Source: Raphidiopsis brookii D9
Lineage (GTDB): Bacteria > Cyanobacteriota > Cyanobacteriia > Cyanobacteriales > Nostocaceae
DNA: 32,000 bases
NCBI GenBank assembly: GCA_000175855.1
Contig: ACYB01000035.1
Coordinates: 30,001 to 62,000, forward strand
Direction of reading: 5' to 3'
Positions within the stretch are counted from its first letter, which is position 1. Each line of letters opens with the position of its first letter. The notes below the pieces were generated by a model. That model was not told the DNA's origin and did not search any database. It was given only the letters and a program-made list of their open reading frames with translations. This document shows positions 19,542 to 28,406 of the stretch, one piece after another. Position numbers and translations under genes: made by a program.

Positions 19542-20357
19542 ATGAAAGAAAGACTAGATCTATTATTATTAAAACTAGAACTATGTGGTTCTCGTCAGCA
19601 AGCTCAAAGACTAATTCAAGCTGGGGAAGTAATGGTTAATCAACAAACAATAGATAAACCAGGAGCAGAAATAGACATAAGTGCAGAAATTCAAATTAAA
19701 GAGCGTCCTCCCTTTGTTTCTCGTGGGGGTGAAAAACTGGCCAAAGCAATAAAAATGTTTGAAATTTCCGTTAGGGAGCGCATTTGCTTAGATGGGGGAA
19801 TTTCCACTGGAGGTTTTACCGATTGTCTATTACAAAATGGTGCCAAACAGGTGTATGGTATTGATGTTGGTTATGGACAGGTTGACTGGAAAATCAGAAA
19901 TGATGGTAGGGTGATTTTAAAAGAAAGAACAAATTTACGAGAATTACAACCAGAACAATTATATTTAGGGTTAGATAGCTTTGCTGATCTAGCAGTTGTA
20001 GACGTTTCTTTTATTTCTCTGAGTAAAGTTCTGCCCGCAGTTTGGCGTTTAACTCAAACACCAAAAGAGGCGGTGTTATTAGTCAAACCCCAGTTTGAAG
20101 TTGGCAAAAATCGTGTAGGTAAAAAGGGAGTGGTAAGGGATGATAAAGACCATGCCCAGGCGATTTTTCAGGTTTTACAAACTGCTTTACAACTGGGATG
20201 GAATTATAGGGGATTGACTTTTTCTCCCATTACAGGACCTGCGGGGAATATTGAATATCTTTTATGGTTGAGCATGATAGGTGAAGTCTCCCAACCGGAG
20301 TTAATAATTATCGAAGATCTAACCAAAAAAGCAGTAAAGGAGTTAACCGCTAAATGA
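19542..20357 (+). CDS. tlyA: TlyA family rRNA (cytidine-2'-O)-methyltransferase (S4 + FtsJ-like)
   Basis: MKERLDLLLLKLELCGSRQQAQRLIQAGEVMVN (S4) then FVSRGGEKLAKAI...CLDGGISTGGFTDCLLQNGAKQVYGIDVGYGQ. ORF is open from 19404 but the TlyA-like N-terminus starts at 19542. Confidence 0.9.
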   Translation: MKERLDLLLLKLELCGSRQQAQRLIQAGEVMVNQQTIDKPGAEIDISAEIQIKERPPFVSRGGEKLAKAIKMFEISVRERICLDGGISTGGFTDCLLQNGAKQVYGIDVGYGQVDWKIRNDGRVILKERTNLRELQPEQLYLGLDSFADLAVVDVSFISLSKVLPAVWRLTQTPKEAVLLVKPQFEVGKNRVGKKGVVRDDKDHAQAIFQVLQTALQLGWNYRGLTFSPITGPAGNIEYLLWLSMIGEVSQPELIIIEDLTKKAVKELTAK

Positions 20358-20817
20358 GCAGTAGTTTAAATTTAAGTTCAAATATAAAATCTCCCCATGA
20401 AGAGAACTATCAACTGTGGTTAGAATCAACAATTGACAATTTAAAACAGGGCAATTTTGACCGTATAGATATTGACAAACTAATAGAAGAGATTTCCGAA
20501 ATGGGCGGTAGTTTAAAAGATGCCCTAGAAAACAATTTAATTGTGATTTTAGCCCATTTACTCAAGTGGCAATATCAACCACAAAAGCGTTCTGGTAGTT
20601 GGAAAGCTAGTATTAAAGAACATCGACGCCGAATTAATAAATCCATCCAAAAACACCCCTATTTAAAAAATATTACGAGAAGATTTTTTCAGAATCCTAC
20701 CTACCTGCTGTAGATTGGGCCATGGAAGAAACCGGATTATCATCGGAAACTTTCCCATCCCAGAGTCCTTTTACCCCTGAACAGGTGTTAAATGACCAAT
20801 TCTTGCCCGGAGACTAA
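20354..20817 (+). pseudogene. DUF29 family protein interrupted by a single-nucleotide frameshift near 20670
   Basis: Frame 2 gives MSSSLNLSSNIKSPHEENYQLWLESTIDNLKQGNFDRIDIDKLIEEISEMGG...HPYLKN; frame 1 continues YYEKIFSESYLPAVDWAMEETGLSSETFPSQSPFTPEQVLNDQFLPGD* ending at 20817, the expected DUF29 C-terminus. Confidence 0.75.
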
Positions 20818-20878
20818 TGATGAAAAAAATAGATAATATAGGTTACAATGGGGAGACTGTGAAAAAATAGAATGTCAA

Positions 20879-22441
20879 ATGTTTTGGGCTGATAAAATCG
20901 CTGCTGATGCACAAGGTTACCAGGTAGTTAATGATTCCAAGACCCCTTCAGGAAGGGTTCACGTTGGATCATTGCGGGGTGTAGTTATCCATGACGTTAT
21001 TTACCGTGCCTTGAAACATGCAGGTAAGCCTGTAAAATTCACCTATGGTGTGGATGACTATGACGCTTTAGATACGGTTCCCAAATATTTAGACCGGGAA
21101 AAATTTAAACCTTATTTGGGTTTTCCTTTGTGTAATGTGCCTTCCCCTGGGGAAGGTGCACCAGACTATGCTAAATATTTCATTAATGAGTTTTTTGAGA
21201 TTTTTGAGTATTTAGGAATCCAACCAGAAACCTATTTTCTACGTGATTTATATCGTTCTGGTAAACTTAATTCCCATATCAACATCTTTTTAAAAACGAC
21301 TCACCTGGTTAGGCAAGTGTATAAACAGGTCAGTAAGGCAGACCGTCCAGAAAACTGGTACCCTTTTCAGGTAATTTGTGAAAATTGTGGCAAGATAGCT
21401 ACCACTGTGGTCACAGATTATAATGGTTCCGAGGTTTTTTACACTTGTCAACCGAATTCGACTAATTATGTTCAAGGTTGTGGTCATTCTGGTTGGTTGT
21501 CTCCCCTGAATGGTAATGGCAAATTACCTTGGAAGGTTGAATGGGTAGCCAAGTGGGACGTTTTGGGTGTAACTATTGAAATGGCCGGTAAAGACCACTC
21601 TCAAAAAGGTGGTTCTAGGGATGTGGCTAATGCCATTTGTCGTCAAGTTTTGGAGAAACAACCTCCCTTTCATTCACCTTATGAGTTTATTCTTGTTAAT
21701 GGCACAAAAATGAGTTCTTCTAAGGGTGTGGGTTCTAGTGCTAGGGAAATTGCTAATTTATTACCACCTGAGTTATTAAGGTTTTTAATGTTAAGAACTC
21801 AGCCAAGAACGGTTATTAATTTTGCCCCCAATTATGAAACTATTACTCGACTGTTTCGGGATTATGATACTTTAATTAGCAAGTATGAGGTTAATCCTGA
21901 ATTAACTGAAGAGTTAATGTCTTTATTTTATGCTCAGTTGGGTGATGAGGTCAAGGTTTTTCAGCCTTTTGATTACAGCACATTAATTTCTTTGTTGCAA
22001 ATTCCTCGGTTAAATATTCAAGATGAAGTTGTTCAACGTAGTGCTAATTCTTTAACTAAGTATGACCAATTTATTGTCAATCAAAGAATAGCTTCGGCCG
22101 AAAGATGGTTAGAAGACTATGCAGATGAGGAAGAAAAGTTAGTTTTGTACTTAGAACAAGTGCCAGAAAAAGCCCATGGGTTGACTTCAGAACAGGTAAC
22201 TTATATTCAAAAGTTAGCTGAAAATCTGGAATCTGCTACCCCTTGGGAACCAGAAGTATTACAAACGATAATTTTCTCCACTACTAAAGAGTTAAATATC
22301 CCTCCAGCAGATGCTTTTAAAGCCTTATATCTGGGATTTATAAACAAGGAAAAAGGACCCAAAGCAGGGGGTTTATTCTCCTATTTGGAAAAATCTTTCG
22401 TTATTTCCAGATTGCAAGAAATCACAGCATTGTACCTCTAG
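20879..22441 (+). CDS. lysS: Class I (archaeal-type) lysyl-tRNA synthetase
   Basis: MFWADKIAADAQGYQVVNDSKTPSGRVHVGSLRGVVIHDVIYRAL; HIGH-like HVGS and KMSKS-like TKMSSSKG motifs; AGKDHSQKGGSRDVA. Confidence 0.92.
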   Translation: MFWADKIAADAQGYQVVNDSKTPSGRVHVGSLRGVVIHDVIYRALKHAGKPVKFTYGVDDYDALDTVPKYLDREKFKPYLGFPLCNVPSPGEGAPDYAKYFINEFFEIFEYLGIQPETYFLRDLYRSGKLNSHINIFLKTTHLVRQVYKQVSKADRPENWYPFQVICENCGKIATTVVTDYNGSEVFYTCQPNSTNYVQGCGHSGWLSPLNGNGKLPWKVEWVAKWDVLGVTIEMAGKDHSQKGGSRDVANAICRQVLEKQPPFHSPYEFILVNGTKMSSSKGVGSSAREIANLLPPELLRFLMLRTQPRTVINFAPNYETITRLFRDYDTLISKYEVNPELTEELMSLFYAQLGDEVKVFQPFDYSTLISLLQIPRLNIQDEVVQRSANSLTKYDQFIVNQRIASAERWLEDYADEEEKLVLYLEQVPEKAHGLTSEQVTYIQKLAENLESATPWEPEVLQTIIFSTTKELNIPPADAFKALYLGFINKEKGPKAGGLFSYLEKSFVISRLQEITALYL

Positions 22442-22481
22442 GTTCTTTCGATGATTTCTGGTGTTTTTAAAAACAGGTTCT

Positions 22482-22506
22482 AGCCACCCATACTCTATGG
22501 GTAGCT
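22482..22506. terminator. Candidate bidirectional terminator hairpin between convergent lysS and dacB
   Basis: AGCCACCCATA-CTC-TATGGGTAGCT: 11-bp arms with one mismatch and a 3-nt loop, in the 83-nt gap between two convergent stop codons. No good U-tract on either side. Confidence 0.45.
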
Positions 22507-22524
22507 TAGATTATTTAGGAGTTT

Positions 22525-23898
22525 TTAACACAATTTTCGTAGGGTTCTATTTTGACAGGGGTAGTGAACTTTATACATGACCTCATTCCGATTAGGTGAT
22601 CCCAAGGATAGTACAGATTTATTTCCCGAATGAGGGGTAAGAGTCTTGGGAAAAATATTATCTGTTGCCAACTGTTTAACCAGTTTTTGTAAGAGCTTGT
22701 CCTGTTCAGCTCGAAAACTAGAAACTTGATTACCCCGATTGATAATTGTAAACCACACTAAACCGCGATCGCGGGTAGGAAGCACTCCAGCTAAAGCGCT
22801 AACATCACTAAGAGTACCAGTTTTCATGACGGTAGCATTTGGCATATTTCGATGCTGCATTGTTCCGCGATTATCTAATCCAGAAGTAGGAAACAAATCA
22901 GCTAAGGTCAAATTACTGGCCATTGCTTCTCGCTGAAGTGCCATAAACATAGCAGCAACTGCTCTGGGAGAAATGCGATTTTCCCTTCCTAGTCCAGAAC
23001 CATTAATTAATTGAATTTCCGACTGAGGAACCATAGCCAATTGAGATGAGATGGAGCTAACCACATTTGCACCCCCTACATGCTGCGATAACATTTCAGC
23101 AATTTCATTATTACTATACACATTCATCTCTTTGATGATTTGATGTAGTGGCAAAGAAAGATGACGTATTAGTAAAGTTTGAGGTAGTAGTTGATTGTGG
23201 CGAGATGGTGGAGCGACCTTTATAACACCATTAATTACCAGTTGGGGTTTCAATGTTCCCTTAGGCATTATAGAATGCTGGTAAGTTAAATTACGGTTCC
23301 AAGTTTTGTGATTGAGGGCTTGTTTAAAGATTTGACCAGCTATATTGGGATTGCTAGAGAAATTCATAGCAAACTTGCCAGTAATAACCAAATTACCCTT
23401 TACCTGTTGAATACCCATTTTATTTAGAGTATTACCAATGGCAATAGCTTCTTCCCCCACAAACATAGGATCGGTACCACCAGTAATGACTAAGTCACCA
23501 TTGACCACCCGATTAACTATAGGACCAGTAATACCAACTAGTGTTTGAAACTGATAATTGGGACCCAAAGTTTTAAAGCTGGCCAAAGAAGTAGCCACTT
23601 TAGTTAGGGATGCAGCAGGTAGGGGTACAGTACCTTGGTGATTGGCCATTAATATGGGACCTGATTGTAGCCAAATTCCCTGATGACTGGCTAAATCGGG
23701 CGGGATCAACCTAGAAGATATTAACCCTTGAAGATATTGCCTTGTGGTCATAGCTCCCACCAGACTTGGATCTGGAGCAATCACAAAGCCCAGACTGCTT
23801 TGTACTGCTAATGCTTCTAAGGTGCCGACAGGTTGAATTTTAATTCCGGCTAAATCCAGCCAAATAGAAATTAAACCTGAACCCAATAATTCCAGCAT
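22525..23898 (-). CDS. dacB: D-alanyl-D-alanine carboxypeptidase/endopeptidase (PBP4 family)
   Basis: LPAASLTKVATSLASFKTLGPNYQFQT (SxxK), YSNNEIAEML (SxN), KTGTLSDVSALAGVL (KTG). Confidence 0.93.
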   Translation of the reverse strand: MLELLGSGLISIWLDLAGIKIQPVGTLEALAVQSSLGFVIAPDPSLVGAMTTRQYLQGLISSRLIPPDLASHQGIWLQSGPILMANHQGTVPLPAASLTKVATSLASFKTLGPNYQFQTLVGITGPIVNRVVNGDLVITGGTDPMFVGEEAIAIGNTLNKMGIQQVKGNLVITGKFAMNFSSNPNIAGQIFKQALNHKTWNRNLTYQHSIMPKGTLKPQLVINGVIKVAPPSRHNQLLPQTLLIRHLSLPLHQIIKEMNVYSNNEIAEMLSQHVGGANVVSSISSQLAMVPQSEIQLINGSGLGRENRISPRAVAAMFMALQREAMASNLTLADLFPTSGLDNRGTMQHRNMPNATVMKTGTLSDVSALAGVLPTRDRGLVWFTIINRGNQVSSFRAEQDKLLQKLVKQLATDNIFPKTLTPHSGNKSVLSLGSPNRNEVMYKVHYPCQNRTLRKLC

Positions 23899-24012
23899 AT
23901 TTAATTCCCTTAACTTAAGATATGTAATATAATATTGATTAACTTACCAATTAATATTGTATTAACCTAGCAATTTACTTGATTTCCGGACGAGTCATGC
24001 AGGTTCAATCAA

Positions 24013-24041
24013 TCTACCCAAAACTAAACATTTTGGGTAGA
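24013..24041 (-). terminator. Hairpin immediately downstream of trxA
   Basis: TCTACCCAAAA-CTAAACA-TTTTGGGTAGA: perfect 11-bp stem with a 7-nt loop, 24 nt beyond the trxA stop. Confidence 0.55.
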
Positions 24042-24064
24042 CATTTACAAGCTGTAAGAAAATC

Positions 24065-24400
24065 CTACTTAGGCTCATCTATATACTTTTTCACAGTATC
24101 AGACAAGGTGGATTTAGGTACTGCACCCACAACCATATCTACCTTTTGTCCGCCTTTAAAAATCATTAGTGTAGGAATACTGCGAATACCATACTTACTT
24201 GCAACGTCTGGGTTTTCGTCTGTGTTCATTTTGACAACTTTTAGTTGTCCTTCATACTGTGTAGCAATTTCATCTACTACAGGGGCAACCATACGACAGG
24301 GACCACACCAGGGGGCCCAAAAATCAACCAATACGGGAATATCACTGTCAATAACTTCTTGTTTGAAAGAAGCGTCTGTAACTTGTAATGCTGCTGACAT
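24065..24400 (-). CDS. trxA: Thioredoxin
   Basis: [24 protein letters not shown]...[14 protein letters not shown]. Confidence 0.97.
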   Translation of the reverse strand: MSAALQVTDASFKQEVIDSDIPVLVDFWAPWCGPCRMVAPVVDEIATQYEGQLKVVKMNTDENPDVASKYGIRSIPTLMIFKGGQKVDMVVGAVPKSTLSDTVKKYIDEPK

Positions 24401-24526
24401 TGCTAAAAACCTTTATCTGTTATAGTCGTGAGCTTTACGATAATTCTATCACACCTGGACATATTGGAGAGTTGATCAGAGACCTTTGCCGAAAATGCCC
24501 CATTTTTCCTCCCAAAGTTTAATAAT

Positions 24527-24597
24527 TAAGAAACCGCCCGAAATAAAGTTCAGGCGGAGTGTGGTGTGAGGAGTGAACGGAAACATTTGTCTCCGCT
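24527..24597 (-). ncRNA. yfr1: Yfr1 small regulatory RNA (cyanobacterial)
   Basis: Minus strand reads CGGAGACAAATGTTTCCG (hairpin, + coords 24578-24595) - TTCACTCCTCACACCACACT (single-stranded core; ACTCCTCACAC at 24564-24574) - CCGCC TGAACTTTATTTCG GGCGG TTTCTT (terminator, 24534-24557). It lies between guaB3 and trxA, the known Yfr1 neighbourhood. Ends estimated to within a few nt. Confidence 0.9.
24534..24557 (-). terminator. Yfr1 3' terminator hairpin
   Basis: CCGCC/GGCGG stem followed by TTTCTTAAT on the minus strand. Confidence 0.65.
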
Positions 24598-24603
24598 ACT
24601 TTT

Positions 24604-24609
24604 ATTGTA
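24604..24609 (-). promoter_or_regulatory. Putative -10 box for Yfr1
   Basis: TACAAT on the minus strand, about 6-7 nt upstream of the predicted Yfr1 5' end; no clear -35 seen. Confidence 0.5.
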
Positions 24610-24686
24610 AGCTACAGATATGGTTTTTCGCAGGTTTGTTGACAGTGGTGGCAAATTTTTTTTCAACAACCTAACTTAACTGACCT

Positions 24687-25850
24687 TTACTTACCCATAC
24701 CCAGTTGTTGAGCTTTTTGATAAACCTTACCCTCTGTTAGTAAAGAAGGAGCAATTATAACCTCCACCTGTTGCATTTCTTTGAGGTTCTTAGCCCCTAG
24801 GGTGCCCATACTGGTTTTTAAAGCCCCTAACAGGTTATGAGTTCCATCATCCAGTCCAGCTGGACCTTTGAGAATTTGTTCTAGGGTACCTGTTGTACCA
24901 ACGCGAATGCGAGTACCACGGGGAAGAACAGGACTAGGAGTTGCCATACCCCAATGATAACCCCGACCTGGCGCTTCTGCTGCTCTAGCAAAGGGTGAAC
25001 CAATCATTACCCCGTCAGCACCACACGCAATACACTTACAAATGTCTCCACCAGTAATTAAACCTCCATCGGCAATAATGGGAACATATTTACCAGTTTC
25101 TTGATAAAAATCTTCCCTAGCTGCAGCACAATCAGCAACTGCGGTAGCCTGGGGTACGCCTACACCTAGGACACCACGGGATGTACAAGCAGCACCTGGT
25201 CCAATACCTACTAAGACGGCTGCAGCACCAGCTTTCATTAAGTTCAAGGTTACTTCGTATGTAACACAGTTACCTAAAATAACTGGTATGGGCATGGAAC
25301 GGCAGAATTCCACTAAATCAAGTGGGGTAATGGACTCTGGTGAAATGTGGTCAGTAGAGACCACCGTGGCCTGGATGAAAATAAAATCTGCTCCACTTCT
25401 AGATACCACTTCACCATATTTGGCAGCTCCTGCTGGTGTAGCACTAACTGCGGCGATCGCACCCTGTTGTTTAATTTCCTGAATACGTTTTTCAATTAGT
25501 TCGGGCTTGATTGGTTCGGCATAGAGATCTTGCATGAGGGAAACAAACTCTTCTTTACCCACAGAGGCAATCTTATCCAAAATGGGATTTGGATCGTCAT
25601 AGCGAGTTTGAATTCCTTCTAGATTAAGAACGCCTAAAGCTCCCAACTCAGATAACTTTATAGCCATACCCACATCAACCACCCCGTCCATGGCACTGGC
25701 AATAATTGGTATTTCTCTTTCGATATTACCAATTTTCCACCTGGTATCCGCTAAACTGGGATCTACTGTTCTTTTACCGGGGACTAGGGCAATTTCATCA
25801 ATGCCATAGGCTCGGCGAGCCTTTTTTCCCCGCCCAAGTTGAATTTCCAC
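24687..25850 (-). CDS. guaB3: GuaB3 family IMP dehydrogenase-related protein
   Basis: MEIQLGRGKKARRAYGIDEIALVPGKRTVDPSLADTRWKIGNIEREIPIIASAMDGVVDV...GIGPGAACTSRGVLGVGVPQATAVADCAAA. Confidence 0.93.
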   Translation of the reverse strand: MEIQLGRGKKARRAYGIDEIALVPGKRTVDPSLADTRWKIGNIEREIPIIASAMDGVVDVGMAIKLSELGALGVLNLEGIQTRYDDPNPILDKIASVGKEEFVSLMQDLYAEPIKPELIEKRIQEIKQQGAIAAVSATPAGAAKYGEVVSRSGADFIFIQATVVSTDHISPESITPLDLVEFCRSMPIPVILGNCVTYEVTLNLMKAGAAAVLVGIGPGAACTSRGVLGVGVPQATAVADCAAAREDFYQETGKYVPIIADGGLITGGDICKCIACGADGVMIGSPFARAAEAPGRGYHWGMATPSPVLPRGTRIRVGTTGTLEQILKGPAGLDDGTHNLLGALKTSMGTLGAKNLKEMQQVEVIIAPSLLTEGKVYQKAQQLGMGK

Positions 25851-25939
25851 TCTTGCACCTTTCTCAAATCAGTTTAAGCTAGGGTATCAAAATTAGGGGG
25901 ATATTGGGAGAGGAAAAAACTATGATCATTAACCATTAA

Positions 25940-26998
25940 CTATCTTGCAGATTGAATTTTGTCAAAGATGGCACCATCGTCAAAGAATTTCTTCTGCACT
26001 ACATCCCAACCACCTAAATTGGAAACCGTATAAAGTCTAGCAATTCTAGGAAATTTACTAGCTACCTCTTTGGCTACTGTGGAATTAACTGGTCTAAATC
26101 CAACTTTGGCAAATTCCCTTTGCGCTTGTGGTGTAAATAGGAAATTCACAAATGCTTGTGAAACTTCACGAGTACCCCGTTTATCCACAATTTGATCCAC
26201 TACGGTTACAGGACCCTCTATGGAAATATTTGTTGCTGGCACTGCGTAAGTTGTATCTGTTTTACCCTGTTGTGCTGCTAAAATTAGTTCGTTCTCATAA
26301 TTCAGTAGTGCATCTCCCTGATTCTTTTTATAAAATGCGTCACTTGCTTCTCTAGCGTCTTTGGGTAAAACTACTACATTTTTGAACACCTTTTGCACAA
26401 AGTCTAGGGCCTGATTTTCATTACCTCTATTTTGGGTCACTGATCCCCACAAAGCTAAAAAGTTCCATCTTGCCCCTCCTGATGTCTTGGGATTGGCTGT
26501 GACTATTTTTACTCCCGGTTTAATTAAATCTGTCCAAGTGTTAATACCTTTAGGATTTCCTGCTCTTGTTTCTATGGCTACAACTGAACGGGTAACTATA
26601 GAGTTATTAGGTGCTTCCTTTTCCCACCCTGGGTTAATTAAACCTGCTTTTTCTATTTTCTTGGTGTCCAGTGCTAGTGCTAATGCTACTACGTCTGCTT
26701 GTAAGCCATCAATTACTGCACGGGTTTGACTACCGGAACCGCCATAACTTTCTTTGATGATTACATCTTGACCTTTTTCCCTTTTCCACTTGGCTACAAA
26801 CTCGGGAATAATTTTATTGTAAGCAGCTTTTGTAACTGCATAGGTTACCAAAGTAATCTCTACGGTCTTGGGTTTTTGACTAATTAGCTTGTTTTGATTT
26901 GCACTTCCAGCTAATACGGGTAACACGGTACTAACACCTAAAACAACCGCCAATACTGTGTTCGTGGTTTTTAAAACCGCTATGTTTTTGATAGACAT
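25940..26998 (-). CDS. sbpA: Sulfate/thiosulfate ABC transporter substrate-binding protein (secreted, no lipobox)
   Basis: EITLVTYAVTKAAYNKIIPEFVAKWKREKGQDVIIKESYGGSGSQTRAVIDGLQADVVALALALDTKKIEKAGLI; N-terminal signal peptide. Confidence 0.92.
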   Translation of the reverse strand: MSIKNIAVLKTTNTVLAVVLGVSTVLPVLAGSANQNKLISQKPKTVEITLVTYAVTKAAYNKIIPEFVAKWKREKGQDVIIKESYGGSGSQTRAVIDGLQADVVALALALDTKKIEKAGLINPGWEKEAPNNSIVTRSVVAIETRAGNPKGINTWTDLIKPGVKIVTANPKTSGGARWNFLALWGSVTQNRGNENQALDFVQKVFKNVVVLPKDAREASDAFYKKNQGDALLNYENELILAAQQGKTDTTYAVPATNISIEGPVTVVDQIVDKRGTREVSQAFVNFLFTPQAQREFAKVGFRPVNSTVAKEVASKFPRIARLYTVSNLGGWDVVQKKFFDDGAIFDKIQSAR

Positions 26999-27304
26999 GG
27001 TAACTTTTCCTCGTGATTGTTGTAATCCACTGTAAACTGATAGACAATTTGTAATTAGTCTAATAGTGGTACTCTATCAAATGACCCACTCAAAATCAAT
27101 AGTTAAAAGACTAAATATCTATCGTATAATCGGTGTATTTAATTAAATCATAGAATGTAGTTTTATTATAAGTAAGACTTATCTAATAATTTTTTTGATC
27201 TAGTTGGCAACTTTTGTCCCTAGATCTGATAGAATCACCTCATTGTCTATCGTCAAAGTCAGGTTTTCTTTCCCAAATCTTTAAAAGTACCAAGGAGAAC
27301 ACAA

Positions 27305-28381
27305 ATGGGTTGGGGTTGTATATCACCCGTAAACATACTGCGTGTAAAACCGACCAAGAGTTTTATTTCACCTTGCTTAATAGGTATATTTTTAAGTGTG
27401 GTGGTTGGTGGTTGTGGAGATAGGGGAACTAATTCCTCTAGTAAAAAAGAGGTAGAAATCACCTTAGTATCCTTCGCCGTGACAAAAACCGCCCATGAAG
27501 CGATTATTCCCAAATTTGTGGAAAAATGGCAAAAAGAACATGGGCAAAAGGTGATATTTAAACAAAGCTATGGGGGTTCTGGTTCACAAACCCGTGCAGT
27601 AATTGATGGTTTACCCGCTGATGTTGTGCACCTAGCTTTAGGTTTGGACACTAAAAAAATTGAAAAAGCAGGTTTAATTCAACCAGGGTGGGAAAAGGAA
27701 GCTCCAAATAATGCTATAGTTTCCCAGTCTGTAGCTGCTTTGGTGACCCGCCCAGGCAATCCTAAAAATATTAATACCTGGGCTGATTTATCAAGAGATG
27801 ATGTAAAACTAATTACTGCTGATCCTAAAACATCCGGGGTAGCACGTTGGAATTTTCTGACTTTGTGGAACTCGGTGATTAAGACTGATGGTGATGAAGC
27901 CAAGGCTAAGGAATTTGTCAGTCAAGTATACAAAAATGTTCCAATTTTGACAAAGGATGCGAGGGAAGCCACGGATGCCTTCTTTAAACAGGGTCAAGGG
28001 GATGCTTTGATTAACTATGAAAATGAGATAATTTTGGCACAAGAAAATGGATTGAAGGTAAATTACACAATTCCTGACGTGAATATTTCCATTGATAATC
28101 CTATTGCGGTTGTGGATAAGAATGTTGATAAACATAACAATAGGGAAGTGGTAGAAGCTTTTGTTCAGTTCTTATTTACTCCCCAAGCTCAAGAGGAATT
28201 TGCCAAAGTTGGTTTTCGTCCGGTAAATAATACCGTAGCAAAAAGTAAAACCTTTGTAGATAAGTATCCTCCCGTTAAAACTTTGAGTACAGTGAAAGAT
28301 TTAGGCGGTTGGGGGGCGGTGCAGAAAAAGTTCTTTGATGATGGAGCCTTATTTGATCAGATTCAAGCCCAGGGCAAATAG
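27305..28381 (+). CDS. sbpA: Sulfate/thiosulfate ABC transporter substrate-binding lipoprotein
   Basis: Close paralog of 25940..26998 (VEITLVSFAVTKTAHEAIIPKFVEKWQKEHGQKVIFKQSYGGSGSQTRAVIDGLPADVV); N-terminal VVVGGCGDRG lipobox; AAGGAG upstream of ATG. Confidence 0.92.
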   Translation: MGWGCISPVNILRVKPTKSFISPCLIGIFLSVVVGGCGDRGTNSSSKKEVEITLVSFAVTKTAHEAIIPKFVEKWQKEHGQKVIFKQSYGGSGSQTRAVIDGLPADVVHLALGLDTKKIEKAGLIQPGWEKEAPNNAIVSQSVAALVTRPGNPKNINTWADLSRDDVKLITADPKTSGVARWNFLTLWNSVIKTDGDEAKAKEFVSQVYKNVPILTKDAREATDAFFKQGQGDALINYENEIILAQENGLKVNYTIPDVNISIDNPIAVVDKNVDKHNNREVVEAFVQFLFTPQAQEEFAKVGFRPVNNTVAKSKTFVDKYPPVKTLSTVKDLGGWGAVQKKFFDDGALFDQIQAQGK

Positions 28382-28406
28382 TTGAATCAATTATAAATTT
28401 AGAATT

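Noticed and set aside
23979-24425. 148-aa plus-strand ORF covering trxA on the other strand
   Set aside because: Antisense to a clear thioredoxin gene; composition is not protein-like.
27809-28135. 108-aa minus-strand ORF inside the second sbpA
   Set aside because: Antisense to a well-supported substrate-binding protein.
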